A stretch of 42,356 bases of DNA from Oscillospiraceae bacterium (GCA_009776345.1 WRLS01000001.1:1-42356); one strand, 5' to 3'; counted from the first letter of the stretch, positions 17,957 through 28,027 are shown. Translations and numbers: made by a program. The notes: generated by a model from the letters alone, not told the origin.

Positions 17957-19116
17957 CTGACACAAAAGCACAATACACCGATCAGCCCATAGACAGAAAT
18001 AATAATGTATGTCTGCTGTAAGGTGAATATCCCCGCCAGCAATGCATAAATCAAGCTAAAGCAGATCATGGCAATGTTTTGCCCCACGCTGTAAAATGAC
18101 ATCACTGTCGCCCGCCCCTCTTCATTTATCTCTTTTTGCATAGTATTGACGAGAAGGACTTCCGTTATAGCCATGAACATACAGGAAAGGCCGAGTATCG
18201 GGATAGCGTGCCTGTTCCATATTATAGAAAATAGCACTAATAAAACACAGGCCAGGCCGTTAATGAGGAATACCCGATTGACAGATGAAACCTTGCTACC
18301 AATTTTCGGCGCAATTAGGTTGCCCAAAGCCGCAAAAACAAACCTTACTGTTAAAATAACGCTGACCCAAATGTTGCCAAGGCCAAAGTCGCCTATAATC
18401 AGCGCGTCAAATTCATCAAAGTAACCCCCAAGGCTTGCAAAAAACACTAAAAATAATACAGAAATCAAAATGGCGCGGTTGCCTTTAAATAGCAAAACCG
18501 CTTCTTTGAGTGTTTCAAAGAAACCGCCGGATTCTTTATCTAACCTCCCCGAATAGTAATTCTTCTCTCTCAACAGCGAAGCGAGTACCGCGTTGACGAG
18601 GCATATTGCCGCTGATATCAAGGTGATAGCCCCTATACTTACGAAGCTTGCTAAGATACCCGCCGAGGCGATTCCTGCTAAAATGCCAGCGTTTGAGAAG
18701 AACCGCGCCTTGCCGTATACTTTTACGAAGTCCCCCTCACGGCCGTCGCTTTTTAGGTTGTCGTAGATTAGGCCTTCTTCCGTCCCGGAAACAAATGCCC
18801 CCGACACCCCCCAGAAAACGAAACCGACAGCAAACATAAGCAGTGTATGCGAAAAAAACCAGACAATGAAGCACAGCCCCTGCAATACCGCCGATATAAC
18901 CAGCATATTTCTTCTGTTCCATCTATCCGCAAGAATGCCCGACGGCACTTCAAACACTATGGCAAAAACACTCCAGAGGGCGATAAGCACCGCGACAGCA
19001 TTGACCGACAGCCCACGCTCTATGAATAAAAGCGTGTAAAAAGCATAGATGGGCAAGCATTGGCTTAAGAATTTATATGTGTAAAGCAAATTGACGTTAA
19101 AGGTTTTTATTTTCAT
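17935..19116 (-). CDS. MFS transporter
   Basis: About 12 hydrophobic segments; FEVPSGILADRWNRR motif A; SGTEEGLIYD. Confidence 0.9.
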   Translation of the reverse strand: MKIKTFNVNLLYTYKFLSQCLPIYAFYTLLFIERGLSVNAVAVLIALWSVFAIVFEVPSGILADRWNRRNMLVISAVLQGLCFIVWFFSHTLLMFAVGFVFWGVSGAFVSGTEEGLIYDNLKSDGREGDFVKVYGKARFFSNAGILAGIASAGILASFVSIGAITLISAAICLVNAVLASLLREKNYYSGRLDKESGGFFETLKEAVLLFKGNRAILISVLFLVFFASLGGYFDEFDALIIGDFGLGNIWVSVILTVRFVFAALGNLIAPKIGSKVSSVNRVFLINGLACVLLVLFSIIWNRHAIPILGLSCMFMAITEVLLVNTMQKEINEEGRATVMSFYSVGQNIAMICFSLIYALLAGIFTLQQTYIIISVYGLIGVLCFCVSYILLKI

Positions 19117-20969
19117 TTGACATAAGCGTCCCCAATCCCTTGATTAGACTTCCACAACCGGGAATACCGCCCCTCGGATGCCGTTAGCTCTTCATGGGTA
19201 CCGGATTCTAAAATCATGCCGTTTTCCAGCACATGGATGCGGTCATTGCCGGTAGCTGTACTGAGCCGGTGGACAACCGTGATAACGGTCTGCCCTTTTG
19301 GCAGGTTTGCAAGGGCGTGTTGGATATCCTGCTCAAAGCTGTTGTCCAGTGAGGCAGTGGCTTCGTCAAGCAATAGGATTGGGGCGCGTTTTAACAGCGC
19401 GCGGGCAATCGCCACACGCTGCCTTTGCCCCCCTGAAAGCTGTGTGCCGCGCTCACCGACGCGGGTATCGCAGCCGTCCGGTAACTGATCGGCAAACACA
19501 TCTACACGTGCAAGCTTCGCCGCTTCCAGAATTTCGCTGTCATCTGCGCCCGGGCGGCCCAGCCGTATGTTGTCCCAAATCGTGCCGTCAAACAGATGCG
19601 GGTTTTGCGGAACATACGCAAAAAGGGAACGCAGCGCTTTTAGGGAATAGTCCCCGGCATCCCTGCCGAAGATTTTCACACTGCCCTGCTGCGGGTCATA
19701 AAACCGCATGAGCATCATTGCCAGCGTGCTTTTACCGCCGCCGCTCGAACCCACCAAAGCGGTAGACTGCCCGGCAGGGAAAGCTACATCTAAATTTTCA
19801 AACAGCGCCGTGTCCTCATTGTACGAAAAGTGTATGCCCTGCATGGAAACAGCGGGATCCGCCGACAGCGTCCCGACAGCCGTCCCCCCGGTTTCCTCCT
19901 GTTCATTTAACAGGGCGCAGACACGGTCGGCGCTTGCCAGTTCTTCCTGTATGCGTATATATCTTATAGCAATACCGCGCATAGAAAACCCAACGCCTGT
20001 CCCAAGGGCCCAGCAGGTCATAACTTGATTCGGCGTCAGCTTCCCGTCGGTAAACAGTAAAATCGCAACAGCGAAAATAATCCCGTCAATAAGGTATTTT
20101 GACACTTCCTGGGGCGTTGATGTCAGCGCTTCTGTTTTCTTGATTTTCCAGTTGATATTAAACGCGCTTTCCAGCGCATCTATTACACGCCCGATGAAGA
20201 AGCTTTGCTTGTTGTCGGTGCGAAGGACAGTATGCCCGCCTAAAAGGTCGCCGATGCGCTCCGACATCTGTGCGGTGCGCGTGCGCTGGACTACATACAG
20301 CTTGCGCAGATAGGGCGCAAAGCCGCCGTTAAACAGCAGCGACATAACCGCCACGCCTATAGTAATCCAGCCCAGCATCGGTGAACAGGCAAATATGTAG
20401 CCAATTTGCAGCAGGTTGCCGACAAACACAGTGCCCAGCATTTCATAAAGCCGATCCACCGCGTTTATCGCGGAAGTCGCGTCCACGGTAAACTGGGCGA
20501 GGTAATTGCCGGAATGTGTCTTGCGCAAAACTGATACGGGAAGCCGCATGATATGGCCGAGCAGGTTTTCGCGCAGCGCCATGGAAGCCTTTTCTGCAGA
20601 CACGCCTTTGCCATAGAGCGCGGCCATTTGAATAAGCGAAATTATAGCAATGGCCGCACCGACAACGGGCAACCGCACAAGGACAGGGGCAAATTCCATG
20701 GTCATGGCGCTTTCCATCATGCCGCCCAGTAAATGCCCCTGTACAAAATTAAGCGCGGGCCAAAACAGCACTGATAAAACAGCGCATGGAAGATATATAT
20801 ACCAACAACCTGCAAAATAGCGCGTCAGTCGCGGCGCTTCGCCGACCAGCGGAAGCTTATACTTATTCCAGTTAGAAATGTCCCAAAAAATCGGTCGAAA
20901 ATCGTTGCGTATATGCGATTTTTGAGCGATTTTTTGGTTGACATTACAATTGGAATTAGTATTACGCAT
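19113..20969 (-). CDS. ABC exporter, fused TMD-NBD subunit
   Basis: GSSGGGKST, LSGGQRQR, LLLDEATASLD, H-loop; ATG 20969 after AAGGGAGG and overlapping the upstream stop; carries an in-frame palindromic insert near the N-terminus. Confidence 0.92.
   Translation of the reverse strand: MRNTNSNCNVNQKIAQKSHIRNDFRPIFWDISNWNKYKLPLVGEAPRLTRYFAGCWYIYLPCAVLSVLFWPALNFVQGHLLGGMMESAMTMEFAPVLVRLPVVGAAIAIISLIQMAALYGKGVSAEKASMALRENLLGHIMRLPVSVLRKTHSGNYLAQFTVDATSAINAVDRLYEMLGTVFVGNLLQIGYIFACSPMLGWITIGVAVMSLLFNGGFAPYLRKLYVVQRTRTAQMSERIGDLLGGHTVLRTDNKQSFFIGRVIDALESAFNINWKIKKTEALTSTPQEVSKYLIDGIIFAVAILLFTDGKLTPNQVMTCWALGTGVGFSMRGIAIRYIRIQEELASADRVCALLNEQEETGGTAVGTLSADPAVSMQGIHFSYNEDTALFENLDVAFPAGQSTALVGSSGGGKSTLAMMLMRFYDPQQGSVKIFGRDAGDYSLKALRSLFAYVPQNPHLFDGTIWDNIRLGRPGADDSEILEAAKLARVDVFADQLPDGCDTRVGERGTQLSGGQRQRVAIARALLKRAPILLLDEATASLDNSFEQDIQHALANLPKGQTVITVVHRLSTATGNDRIHVLENGMILESGTHEELTASEGRYSRLWKSNQGIGDAYVK
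20860..20961. mobile_element. 102-bp palindromic MITE/REP-like insertion with TTA target duplication
   Basis: Ends TACTTATTCC / GGAATTAGTA; internal arms CCAAAAAATCG / CGATTTTTTGG; TTA at 20857-59 and 20962-64; AT-rich relative to flanks. Confidence 0.7.
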
Positions 20970-22722
20970 AGCTGTGCCTCCCTTCGCTTTCGATCCTGTG
21001 TAAGCCGGCGTAGATGCCGCCTTTCGCGAGCAGGGCATCGTGGCTGCCTTCTTCAGCGACACAGCCGCCGTCCAATACCAAAATCCGGTCGGCGCCCTGC
21101 GCGACAGAAAGCCGGTGGGAGATAATCAGCATGGTATGCTTTGCCGAAAGTGCGCTGATGGAACCAAGTATTTCCCGTTCATTTTCGTAATCTAAAGCGC
21201 TTGTCACTTCGTCAAACAACAGAAGCTGCGCATTTCGTAAGATTGCCCGCGCGATTGCGATGCGCTGTTTTTGCCCGCCGGACATATTTGAGCCGCGCTC
21301 GGCGACCTTCATCTCCAGCCCATCCGGCCAAATTTCTTGCAAATCGCCAAGCCCGGCTGTGCTAAGGGCTTCGAGGATGCGGCTGTCGTCAATATCCGCG
21401 CCGAAAACCAAATTGTCCCTAAGTGTCCCGGTTATAAAGAAGGGGTCCTGCGGTACAATTGCGATGAAATCACGCAGTTTGTGCAGGTCAATCTTGCCGA
21501 TATCGCCGCCGAAAGCCGTAGCTTTGCCGTTAATGGGCGGATAAAACCCCTCGATTAGCTTGAAGACCGTGCTTTTCCCCGAACCGCTCTCCCCTACGAT
21601 GGCGACGGTTTCCCCGCGGCGTATCGAAAAACTAAGGCCTTTTAAGGTTTCGCCGCGGCCTTCGTATCCGAAGGAAACGTCCTCGAAAGCAAGCACCGTG
21701 TCTGTATCGGGGGAAGGTATCTCGCCGCCTTCACGTTCGGGGGGAGTGTCGGCCGCATCATAAATGCGCCCCATATAGCCGTTGGCGGCGCGCATTTGGG
21801 CAATCATCTCACTTAACGCCATGATAAACCACTGCCCATGCCCACCCATTTGAATAAAGATAATCAGCCCGGCCACAGTCAGCGAGCCGCGCTGCAAAAA
21901 CCACACACCTGCCACTACCATAAGCACGGTCGGCAGTATGTATACCGCGTAATTCACGCCGCCCGAAACCGCTTCCCTGAGCTTACGCCGTTTTATCAGC
22001 GCCAGCGCCTTTTCCTGTGCCTTGCGGTATCGTTCGAGCATCGTTTCCTCAAGCGCGTAGCTCTTTACGGTTTCCGCCTGCGTAACACTTTCCTGCGCGA
22101 TGACCAAGGCATCGGCGTTAGCGGCGGAAAGCTCGTCCGTGATCTGGGAAACAGCCTTCATCATCTTCGACAGCGCCCAATAAAAAACCGGGATTACGCC
22201 GTAACAAATAAGGGAAAGCACCGGGTTTATGTAGAAAAGGTAGAAAAAAGGCACGATAGAATATGCGCAAGTCCACACAATGGACGCCATCTCGGAGCTG
22301 AAAAAACGCTGTACGCTATTCACATCGCCGGTCATGCGGCTTTGCATGGTGGCGGTATTTCCTTTTTCAAAAACCGCCTCCGGGATTTTACCGAAGCGCG
22401 GAAAGACCTGCCGGAAAAGGTTGCGCGTGCCCCATATATTAAACAGGCCGTCAAAGTACACCACACTGATTTGCAGCGGTATCGAAACCGCCGCCGCAAA
22501 ACCAAGGTAGTATAAATACCTGTTAAGGGAAGCCAAATCCCCTGTAAGCGCATTTTCCATAAGGCCGCCCATTGCGGTAGCAAAAAACAGGTCGCGGCTG
22601 CTCATAACGCAGAAAGTCAAGATAAATGCGGCGAACCACGGCAGTGTGCCAATTTCGCCCATAGCGCGGCGCAGGCTGCGTTTATTGCCCCCGTCTTGTT
22701 TACCTGCCTGAAGTTTTGGCAT
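20962..22722 (-). CDS. ABC exporter, fused TMD-NBD subunit (heterodimer partner)
   Basis: GESGSGKST, MSGGQKQR, LLFDEVTSALD, SHR; N-terminal transmembrane segments. Confidence 0.92.
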   Translation of the reverse strand: MPKLQAGKQDGGNKRSLRRAMGEIGTLPWFAAFILTFCVMSSRDLFFATAMGGLMENALTGDLASLNRYLYYLGFAAAVSIPLQISVVYFDGLFNIWGTRNLFRQVFPRFGKIPEAVFEKGNTATMQSRMTGDVNSVQRFFSSEMASIVWTCAYSIVPFFYLFYINPVLSLICYGVIPVFYWALSKMMKAVSQITDELSAANADALVIAQESVTQAETVKSYALEETMLERYRKAQEKALALIKRRKLREAVSGGVNYAVYILPTVLMVVAGVWFLQRGSLTVAGLIIFIQMGGHGQWFIMALSEMIAQMRAANGYMGRIYDAADTPPEREGGEIPSPDTDTVLAFEDVSFGYEGRGETLKGLSFSIRRGETVAIVGESGSGKSTVFKLIEGFYPPINGKATAFGGDIGKIDLHKLRDFIAIVPQDPFFITGTLRDNLVFGADIDDSRILEALSTAGLGDLQEIWPDGLEMKVAERGSNMSGGQKQRIAIARAILRNAQLLLFDEVTSALDYENEREILGSISALSAKHTMLIISHRLSVAQGADRILVLDGGCVAEEGSHDALLAKGGIYAGLHRIESEGRHSYA

Positions 22723-22742
22723 GATGCATCACCCCTATTGGC

Positions 22743-22771
22743 ATTATACATTAACGGATATACAATAACAA
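22743..22771 (-). promoter_or_regulatory. Sigma-A-like promoter of the ABC-ABC-MFS operon
   Basis: Minus strand TTGTTA-17-TATAAT. Confidence 0.55.
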
Positions 22772-22836
22772 CCGTAATTTACTGTCGCTATAAAAATATG
22801 ACCTTCGTGCATTTGATATAACGGCAATACGTATGA

Positions 22837-22865
22837 TTGACCTTTTATCCGGTTTATGGTAATAT
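22837..22865 (+). promoter_or_regulatory. Sigma-A-like promoter of serS
   Basis: TTGACC-17-TAATAT with TGn extended -10. Confidence 0.6.
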
Positions 22866-22895
22866 TCGATTATCATTTTAGGAGGGCCTTCCGTT

Positions 22896-24206
22896 ATGCT
22901 GGATATAAAACTGATCCGTACAGACCCGGATGCGGTAAAAGAAAACCTGGTGAAAAAGTTTAGGGAGGACAAGCTCCCTTTGGTGGACGAGGCCGCAGGG
23001 CTTGATGTAAAGCACCGCGCGGTTATTTCCGAAGCCGATGCCCTGCGCTCCAAGCGCAACACGGTCAGCAAGGAGATCGGCGCGCTGATGGCACGCGGCG
23101 ACAAAGACGGGGCAAATGCCGCAAAAAAAGAAGCCGCCGCAATCGGGCCGCGCCTTGCGGAGCTTGAAAAGCTTGAGGCGGAGCTTTCCGAAAAACTGCG
23201 CGAGGTTATGCTTGCGCTGCCGAACATCATCGACCCGAGCGTGCCCATAGGGAAAGACGACAGCGAGAATGTAGAACTGGAGCGCTTTGGGGAGCCTTTC
23301 GTCCCGGATTTTGAAATACCGTACCATACAGATATTATGGAGCGGTTTTCCGGCATTGACCTTGACAGCGCGAGGAAAGCCGGCGGCAATGGCTTTTATT
23401 ATTTTTTGGGGGATATTGCGCGCCTGCACTCCGCCATCCTCACATACGCGCGGGATTTTATGATAGATAAAGGTTTTACCTACTGCATACCGCCGTACAT
23501 GATCCGCGGCAGTGTGGCCGCGGGTGTGATGAGCTTTGCCGAGATGGAAGACATGATGTATAAAATCGAGGGCGAGGACCTCTATCTGATCGGTACCAGC
23601 GAACACTCCATGATCGGCAGGTACATCGGCACGATTTTAGATAAATCAAACCTCCCGCAGGCAATGACCAGCTACTCCCCGTGTTTCCGCAAAGAAACCG
23701 GCGCGCATGGAATGGAGGAGCGCGGCGTTTACCGCGTCCACCAGTTTGAAAAGCAGGAGATGGTGGTAATCTGCGAACCCGAAGATTCCATGCTCTGGTA
23801 CGATAAAATGTGGCGCTATACCGTGGAGTTTTTCCGCAGTATGGATATCCCCGTGCGCACATTGGAATGTTGTTCCGGCGATTTGGCTGACCTGAAAGTA
23901 AAAAGCGTGGATGTGGAGGCATGGTCGCCGCGCCAACGCAAATACTTCGAGGTTGGCAGCTGTTCTAATTTAGGCGATGCACAGGCGCGCAGATTGGCGA
24001 TCCGCGTTAGAGGGGAGAAAGGAAGCGCAGCCGGCAATTACTTCCCGCATACGCTCAACAATACCGTAGCCGCGCCGCCAAGGATGCTGATCGCGTTCCT
24101 GGAAAACAACCTGTGCGATAATGGCGATGTGAAAATCCCGGCCCCTCTGCGCCCTTACATGGGCGGCAAGGAAATTCTAACCTCCGGTAGCCCGAGTATA
24201 AAATAA
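22896..24206 (+). CDS. serS: Serine-tRNA ligase
   Basis: MLDIKLIR, coiled-coil arm, YLIGTSE, SPCFRKE, RVHQFEK, EVGSCSN, HTLNNT. Confidence 0.97.
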   Translation: MLDIKLIRTDPDAVKENLVKKFREDKLPLVDEAAGLDVKHRAVISEADALRSKRNTVSKEIGALMARGDKDGANAAKKEAAAIGPRLAELEKLEAELSEKLREVMLALPNIIDPSVPIGKDDSENVELERFGEPFVPDFEIPYHTDIMERFSGIDLDSARKAGGNGFYYFLGDIARLHSAILTYARDFMIDKGFTYCIPPYMIRGSVAAGVMSFAEMEDMMYKIEGEDLYLIGTSEHSMIGRYIGTILDKSNLPQAMTSYSPCFRKETGAHGMEERGVYRVHQFEKQEMVVICEPEDSMLWYDKMWRYTVEFFRSMDIPVRTLECCSGDLADLKVKSVDVEAWSPRQRKYFEVGSCSNLGDAQARRLAIRVRGEKGSAAGNYFPHTLNNTVAAPPRMLIAFLENNLCDNGDVKIPAPLRPYMGGKEILTSGSPSIK

Positions 24207-24225
24207 TATTAAAGGGGTGTCAGCT

Positions 24226-25317
24226 ATGCAGATTAAATCTCTCGAAACCTTTTCCACCAAGGACATATGCTTTGTGCGGGCCACGGATAGTGACGGTGAT
24301 CGGGGATGGGGCATGACCGCGCCGTTTTCCGCGAATATCAGCGCGCTTGTGCTGCATCAGATCGCCGCTTCTATAGCAATGAAGCCATATGAGGATTTTA
24401 CAACAGTAGCGGACGAAGTTATTTATCAGCAATACAAGTTCCTCGGCACGTTTTTGGCGCGCGCCGCCGCAGGGATCGACACCGCGCTGTGGGACCTGAA
24501 CGCCAAGAAAAAAGGCGTATCCGTCGCGGAGCTTGCCGGAAAAAAGCGCGATGTGATCGACCTGTACGCATCCAGCATGAAGCGCGACCTGCCCGTGCAG
24601 GAGGAGGCCGACAGGCTGCGCGAATTACAGGATAGGCTCGGTTACAAGGCGCTGAAGCTCCATCCGGGGATACCGGTGGGCCGCGACCTTGACTTCTGGC
24701 CGGGCAGGACGGAGGACATGGTCGCCGCGATGGTGAAAACCGCCAAACCCGACACGCACATAATCGTGGATGTAAACGGCAACTATTCTGTAGAAACCGC
24801 GATAGAAATGGCAAAGTTTTTGCACAGCCACGGCGTTAAGCTTTTCGAGGAGCCTTGCCCTTACTGGGAGATCGAAAAAACCAAGGCAGTACGCGATGCC
24901 TGCGTTGAAATCGGCATCCCTGTAGCGGGCGGCGAACAGGATTATATTGATACCATGTGGGAGCGCATGATCGGTCAGCGCGTGATGGATGTCTGCCAGC
25001 CGGACTTATTATATCTGGGCGGATTTACAAGGTCACTGAGGATCGCGCGGCTCGCGGCGGAAAAGGGCCTGCAGGTAACGCCGCATACATCCAACCAGTC
25101 GCCGATCTTTATTATGGGGCTGCACTACATGGCTTGCATCGACACGCCTTATCCCTTTTTGGAATGTGGCATAGAGGACGACAGGTGGGCGCTGGACTGC
25201 TACCGGCCGCTTGTAGAAATAAAAGACGGTCGATCTGCTGTCCCTACAGCCCCCGGCTGGGGATTTGAGCCTGACGCGGATTTCCTTGCAAAGGCCGATT
25301 ACATGATCACAAAATAG
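24226..25317 (+). CDS. Mandelate racemase/muconate lactonizing enzyme family protein
   Basis: AGIDTALWDL, metal ligands in VDVN, FEEP, GGEQ; QPD..GG; TPH; P.APGWG. Confidence 0.9.
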   Translation: MQIKSLETFSTKDICFVRATDSDGDRGWGMTAPFSANISALVLHQIAASIAMKPYEDFTTVADEVIYQQYKFLGTFLARAAAGIDTALWDLNAKKKGVSVAELAGKKRDVIDLYASSMKRDLPVQEEADRLRELQDRLGYKALKLHPGIPVGRDLDFWPGRTEDMVAAMVKTAKPDTHIIVDVNGNYSVETAIEMAKFLHSHGVKLFEEPCPYWEIEKTKAVRDACVEIGIPVAGGEQDYIDTMWERMIGQRVMDVCQPDLLYLGGFTRSLRIARLAAEKGLQVTPHTSNQSPIFIMGLHYMACIDTPYPFLECGIEDDRWALDCYRPLVEIKDGRSAVPTAPGWGFEPDADFLAKADYMITK

Positions 25318-25326
25318 TATGGCAAT

Positions 25327-25866
25327 CTACAGCGGTTTGCAGATAAATTCATGCACGCGGGTTTCCAGGACATTTTGCGCGTGTGCGGGCGTAATAATCA
25401 CCGCTGTGTCCGCGCCGCGCCCTGTGCCGCCTATCGCGATGATTTTCTCGCCATAGGGTATCAGCCCCGCGTCCAGCGCCATGATAGATATTTCCACGCA
25501 GACCTTTGTGCCCTGCCCGAACATCCGCAGGGTATGCGCCATAATTTCCGCAGGGTACACGCCGCCGAGCTTTGTGCTAAGCCCGCGCTCCACGCCGCTG
25601 AGGACATGGGACGCGGTTAGGACGTTTACCCCGGATTTTTGCAATGCGGCGCGGTTTTCCTCCGAAAGCTCGTTTTTTCCTTTTTCGGAAAAGCCGCAAA
25701 CATGGGTAACACAAACCACGTTTACGCCGTTATTAGCCAGCGGCATTGCGCTCTCCCCGGTGTTTGAAGCAATAACAATATGGCCAATGCCCCTTTCCTT
25801 CGCGGTTTTCAGGGCAAGCTCTATTGTTTTGCGGGTGTTTTCCTTGCCGGGTTTTTCAAAATACAT
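25327..25866 (-). CDS. Pyruvate kinase C-terminal-like alpha/beta domain protein
   Basis: YFEKPGKENT, VIASNTG, VTH..GF, HVLSGVER, FGQG.KVCVEI..MALDAG, GGTGRGADTA. Confidence 0.85.
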   Translation of the reverse strand: MYFEKPGKENTRKTIELALKTAKERGIGHIVIASNTGESAMPLANNGVNVVCVTHVCGFSEKGKNELSEENRAALQKSGVNVLTASHVLSGVERGLSTKLGGVYPAEIMAHTLRMFGQGTKVCVEISIMALDAGLIPYGEKIIAIGGTGRGADTAVIITPAHAQNVLETRVHEFICKPL

Positions 25867-25940
25867 TCATATCACTCCATTTACAGTTTTCTTCAGTTTA
25901 CCAAAACATTACTATAAAATCAATCATAGGAGAGTTGAAT

Positions 25941-26159
25941 ATGCCTTTTTACGACCTGAGATGCCGTGATTGCGGCGATAACTTCAACATTTTCGCGGGT
26001 ATGACGGACAAAGCGGAAAAACGCATACCTTGCCCGGGCTGCGGCTCGTTTAACCTGGAAACCGATTACAAATCCGCGCCGGGCTATATTAAAAATACAA
26101 AAGAGCCGGTATGCCCGAACCGCCATGTCTGCGGGGGCGGCTGCCGCCACGCCGGATAG
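25941..26159 (+). CDS. FmdB-family zinc-ribbon protein
   Basis: MPFYDLRCRDCG...CPGCGS, Cys-rich tail; AGGAG RBS. Confidence 0.85.
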   Translation: MPFYDLRCRDCGDNFNIFAGMTDKAEKRIPCPGCGSFNLETDYKSAPGYIKNTKEPVCPNRHVCGGGCRHAG

Positions 26160-26170
26160 GGAGCAGGATT

Positions 26171-26584
26171 ATGAAGCATATTGTAAACATCGCCCACGGC
26201 CGCGAGCCGGACACCGACCCGCGCAGCCTTCGCGCCCATGTGCAAGACCGTGAAAAAAGGGTTTTGCGGGATACCTATTATCTCATCAGCCAAAATGACG
26301 GGCCGTCTGAGCGGCTTTCCTGCGGGCATACCACCGTTTACCCCACCGGAAGTACAACAGGGCATTCCCACGCGGATATGGAAGAAATTTATTATTTTAT
26401 CTCCGGCGAGGGCATTATGGTTGTAGGTGAAGACGAGTTCCCGGTAAAAGCAGGGGACTGCCTGTATGTCCCGCCCGGTGAGTTTCACACGACGTATCAG
26501 TCCGGCATACTCCCGCTGGTGATTTTCTGGACGACCTGCAAGGTGGATGATTGCGGCGTTGCCACCGTGGAGGATACGCGGTGA
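26171..26584 (+). CDS. Cupin domain protein
   Basis: GHSHADMEEIYYFISGEG and GDCLYVPPGEFH cupin motifs. Confidence 0.88.
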   Translation: MKHIVNIAHGREPDTDPRSLRAHVQDREKRVLRDTYYLISQNDGPSERLSCGHTTVYPTGSTTGHSHADMEEIYYFISGEGIMVVGEDEFPVKAGDCLYVPPGEFHTTYQSGILPLVIFWTTCKVDDCGVATVEDTR

Positions 26585-28026
26585 TTACAAAAATGCTGAT
26601 TGGCGGGAATTGGGTAAACGCCGCGGACAATAAAACCTTTGAGGTGTCGGACCCGCGCACGGGTTTGCCGTTCGCAAGTGTGCCGCTCGGCGGTATCCGT
26701 GATGCCGATGCCGCCGTGGACGCGGCTTGCCTTGCCTTTAAAAGCTGGGCAAAAACAAATGTGTTCGCGCGTGCCGCGCTTTTGCGGGATGCCGGCGCGC
26801 TTGTAGAGAAAAACAAGCAGGAAATCGGAAGGCTGATGAGCCGCGAGCAGGGCAAGCCCGCGCAAGAGGCAATTACGGAAGTGCAAAAAGCCGCCGATAT
26901 CCTGCGGTATTACGCGGCGGAGGGGGAGCGCGTATACGGCAGGATAATCCCAAGCGATGAAAGCGGTACATTCAGCATGGTGGTCTATCAGCCTATCGGG
27001 CCCTGCGCCGCCATCACCCCGTGGAATTATCCGGTGGAGCTGCTCGCGTGGAAGATCGGCGCGGCGTTGGCTGCCGGATGCACGCTTGTGTGCAAACTGC
27101 CGTCCGAAACGCCGCTGTGTGCGCTTTTGTTTATCAAATATATCACAGACGCGGGATTGCCGGGCGGCGTGATAAACGCCCTGACCGGCGAAGGCAAGGT
27201 TATCGGGCAGCGCATTTTAGAGCGCAAGGAGATCAGAAAAGCGGCGTTTACAGGCTCTACAGCGGTTGGGAAGGACGTGCTTGCATCCTGCACAGAAAGC
27301 TTGCGCAGAAGCTCCATGGAGCTTGGCGGGAGCTTGCCGATGCTGGTATTCAAAGACTGCGATTTAGACAGCGCGGCAATCGGTGCGGCGCGCCGTTCTT
27401 TCAAAAATATGGGGCAAATATGCATTGCCATAAACCGAATTTATGCAGAGCGGGAAATATACGAACAGTTCCTGTCGCGCTTTAAAGAGGAAACCGAAAA
27501 GCTTATCATCGGCGACGGGCTGGACGGTACCGCAGACCTCGGGCCCATGTGCAAAAAGCAGGGGGTCGAAGCCGTCACCGCGCATATATCTGATGCTATA
27601 GAAAAGGGCGCGCGGCTTATTACAGGCGGAAAAGCACCGGTTATCCCGGGGTTTGAAAGCGGCAACTGGTTTAGCCCGACAATTTTGGCGGATACAGACC
27701 ACAGCATGAAAATTATGTCGGAGGAAACCTTCGGCCCCGCTGTAGGCGTTATGCCGTTTGACAGCATGGAGGAAGCGGTAAATCTGGCAAACGACAGCAT
27801 TTACGGCCTTGCGGCCATTATCTATACGCAGAATTTGGCAACCGTAAATTACTGCGCACAGGCACTTGAGGCGGGCAATGTAGCGGTAAACAATGTAGAC
27901 GCGGGGACTATAAACGCCCCATACGGCGGCTGGAAGCAATCGGGTTTCGGGCACGAGCATGGGCCGGAAGGGCTGTATGAGTATCTTAACGTCAAGCACG
28001 TGCGTATTCACGCGGGAGGGGAATAA
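26581..28026 (+). CDS. NAD(P)-dependent aldehyde dehydrogenase (SSADH-like)
   Basis: ITPWNYP, FTGST, MELGG, GQIC, EETFGP, PYGGWKQSGFG. Confidence 0.95.
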   Translation: MITKMLIGGNWVNAADNKTFEVSDPRTGLPFASVPLGGIRDADAAVDAACLAFKSWAKTNVFARAALLRDAGALVEKNKQEIGRLMSREQGKPAQEAITEVQKAADILRYYAAEGERVYGRIIPSDESGTFSMVVYQPIGPCAAITPWNYPVELLAWKIGAALAAGCTLVCKLPSETPLCALLFIKYITDAGLPGGVINALTGEGKVIGQRILERKEIRKAAFTGSTAVGKDVLASCTESLRRSSMELGGSLPMLVFKDCDLDSAAIGAARRSFKNMGQICIAINRIYAEREIYEQFLSRFKEETEKLIIGDGLDGTADLGPMCKKQGVEAVTAHISDAIEKGARLITGGKAPVIPGFESGNWFSPTILADTDHSMKIMSEETFGPAVGVMPFDSMEEAVNLANDSIYGLAAIIYTQNLATVNYCAQALEAGNVAVNNVDAGTINAPYGGWKQSGFGHEHGPEGLYEYLNVKHVRIHAGGE

Positions 28027-28027
28027 A

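Noticed and set aside
20970-21062. Longer N-terminus for the second ABC gene given in the ORF track
   Set aside because: Overlaps the upstream gene; ATG 20969 has a strong RBS and stop-start coupling
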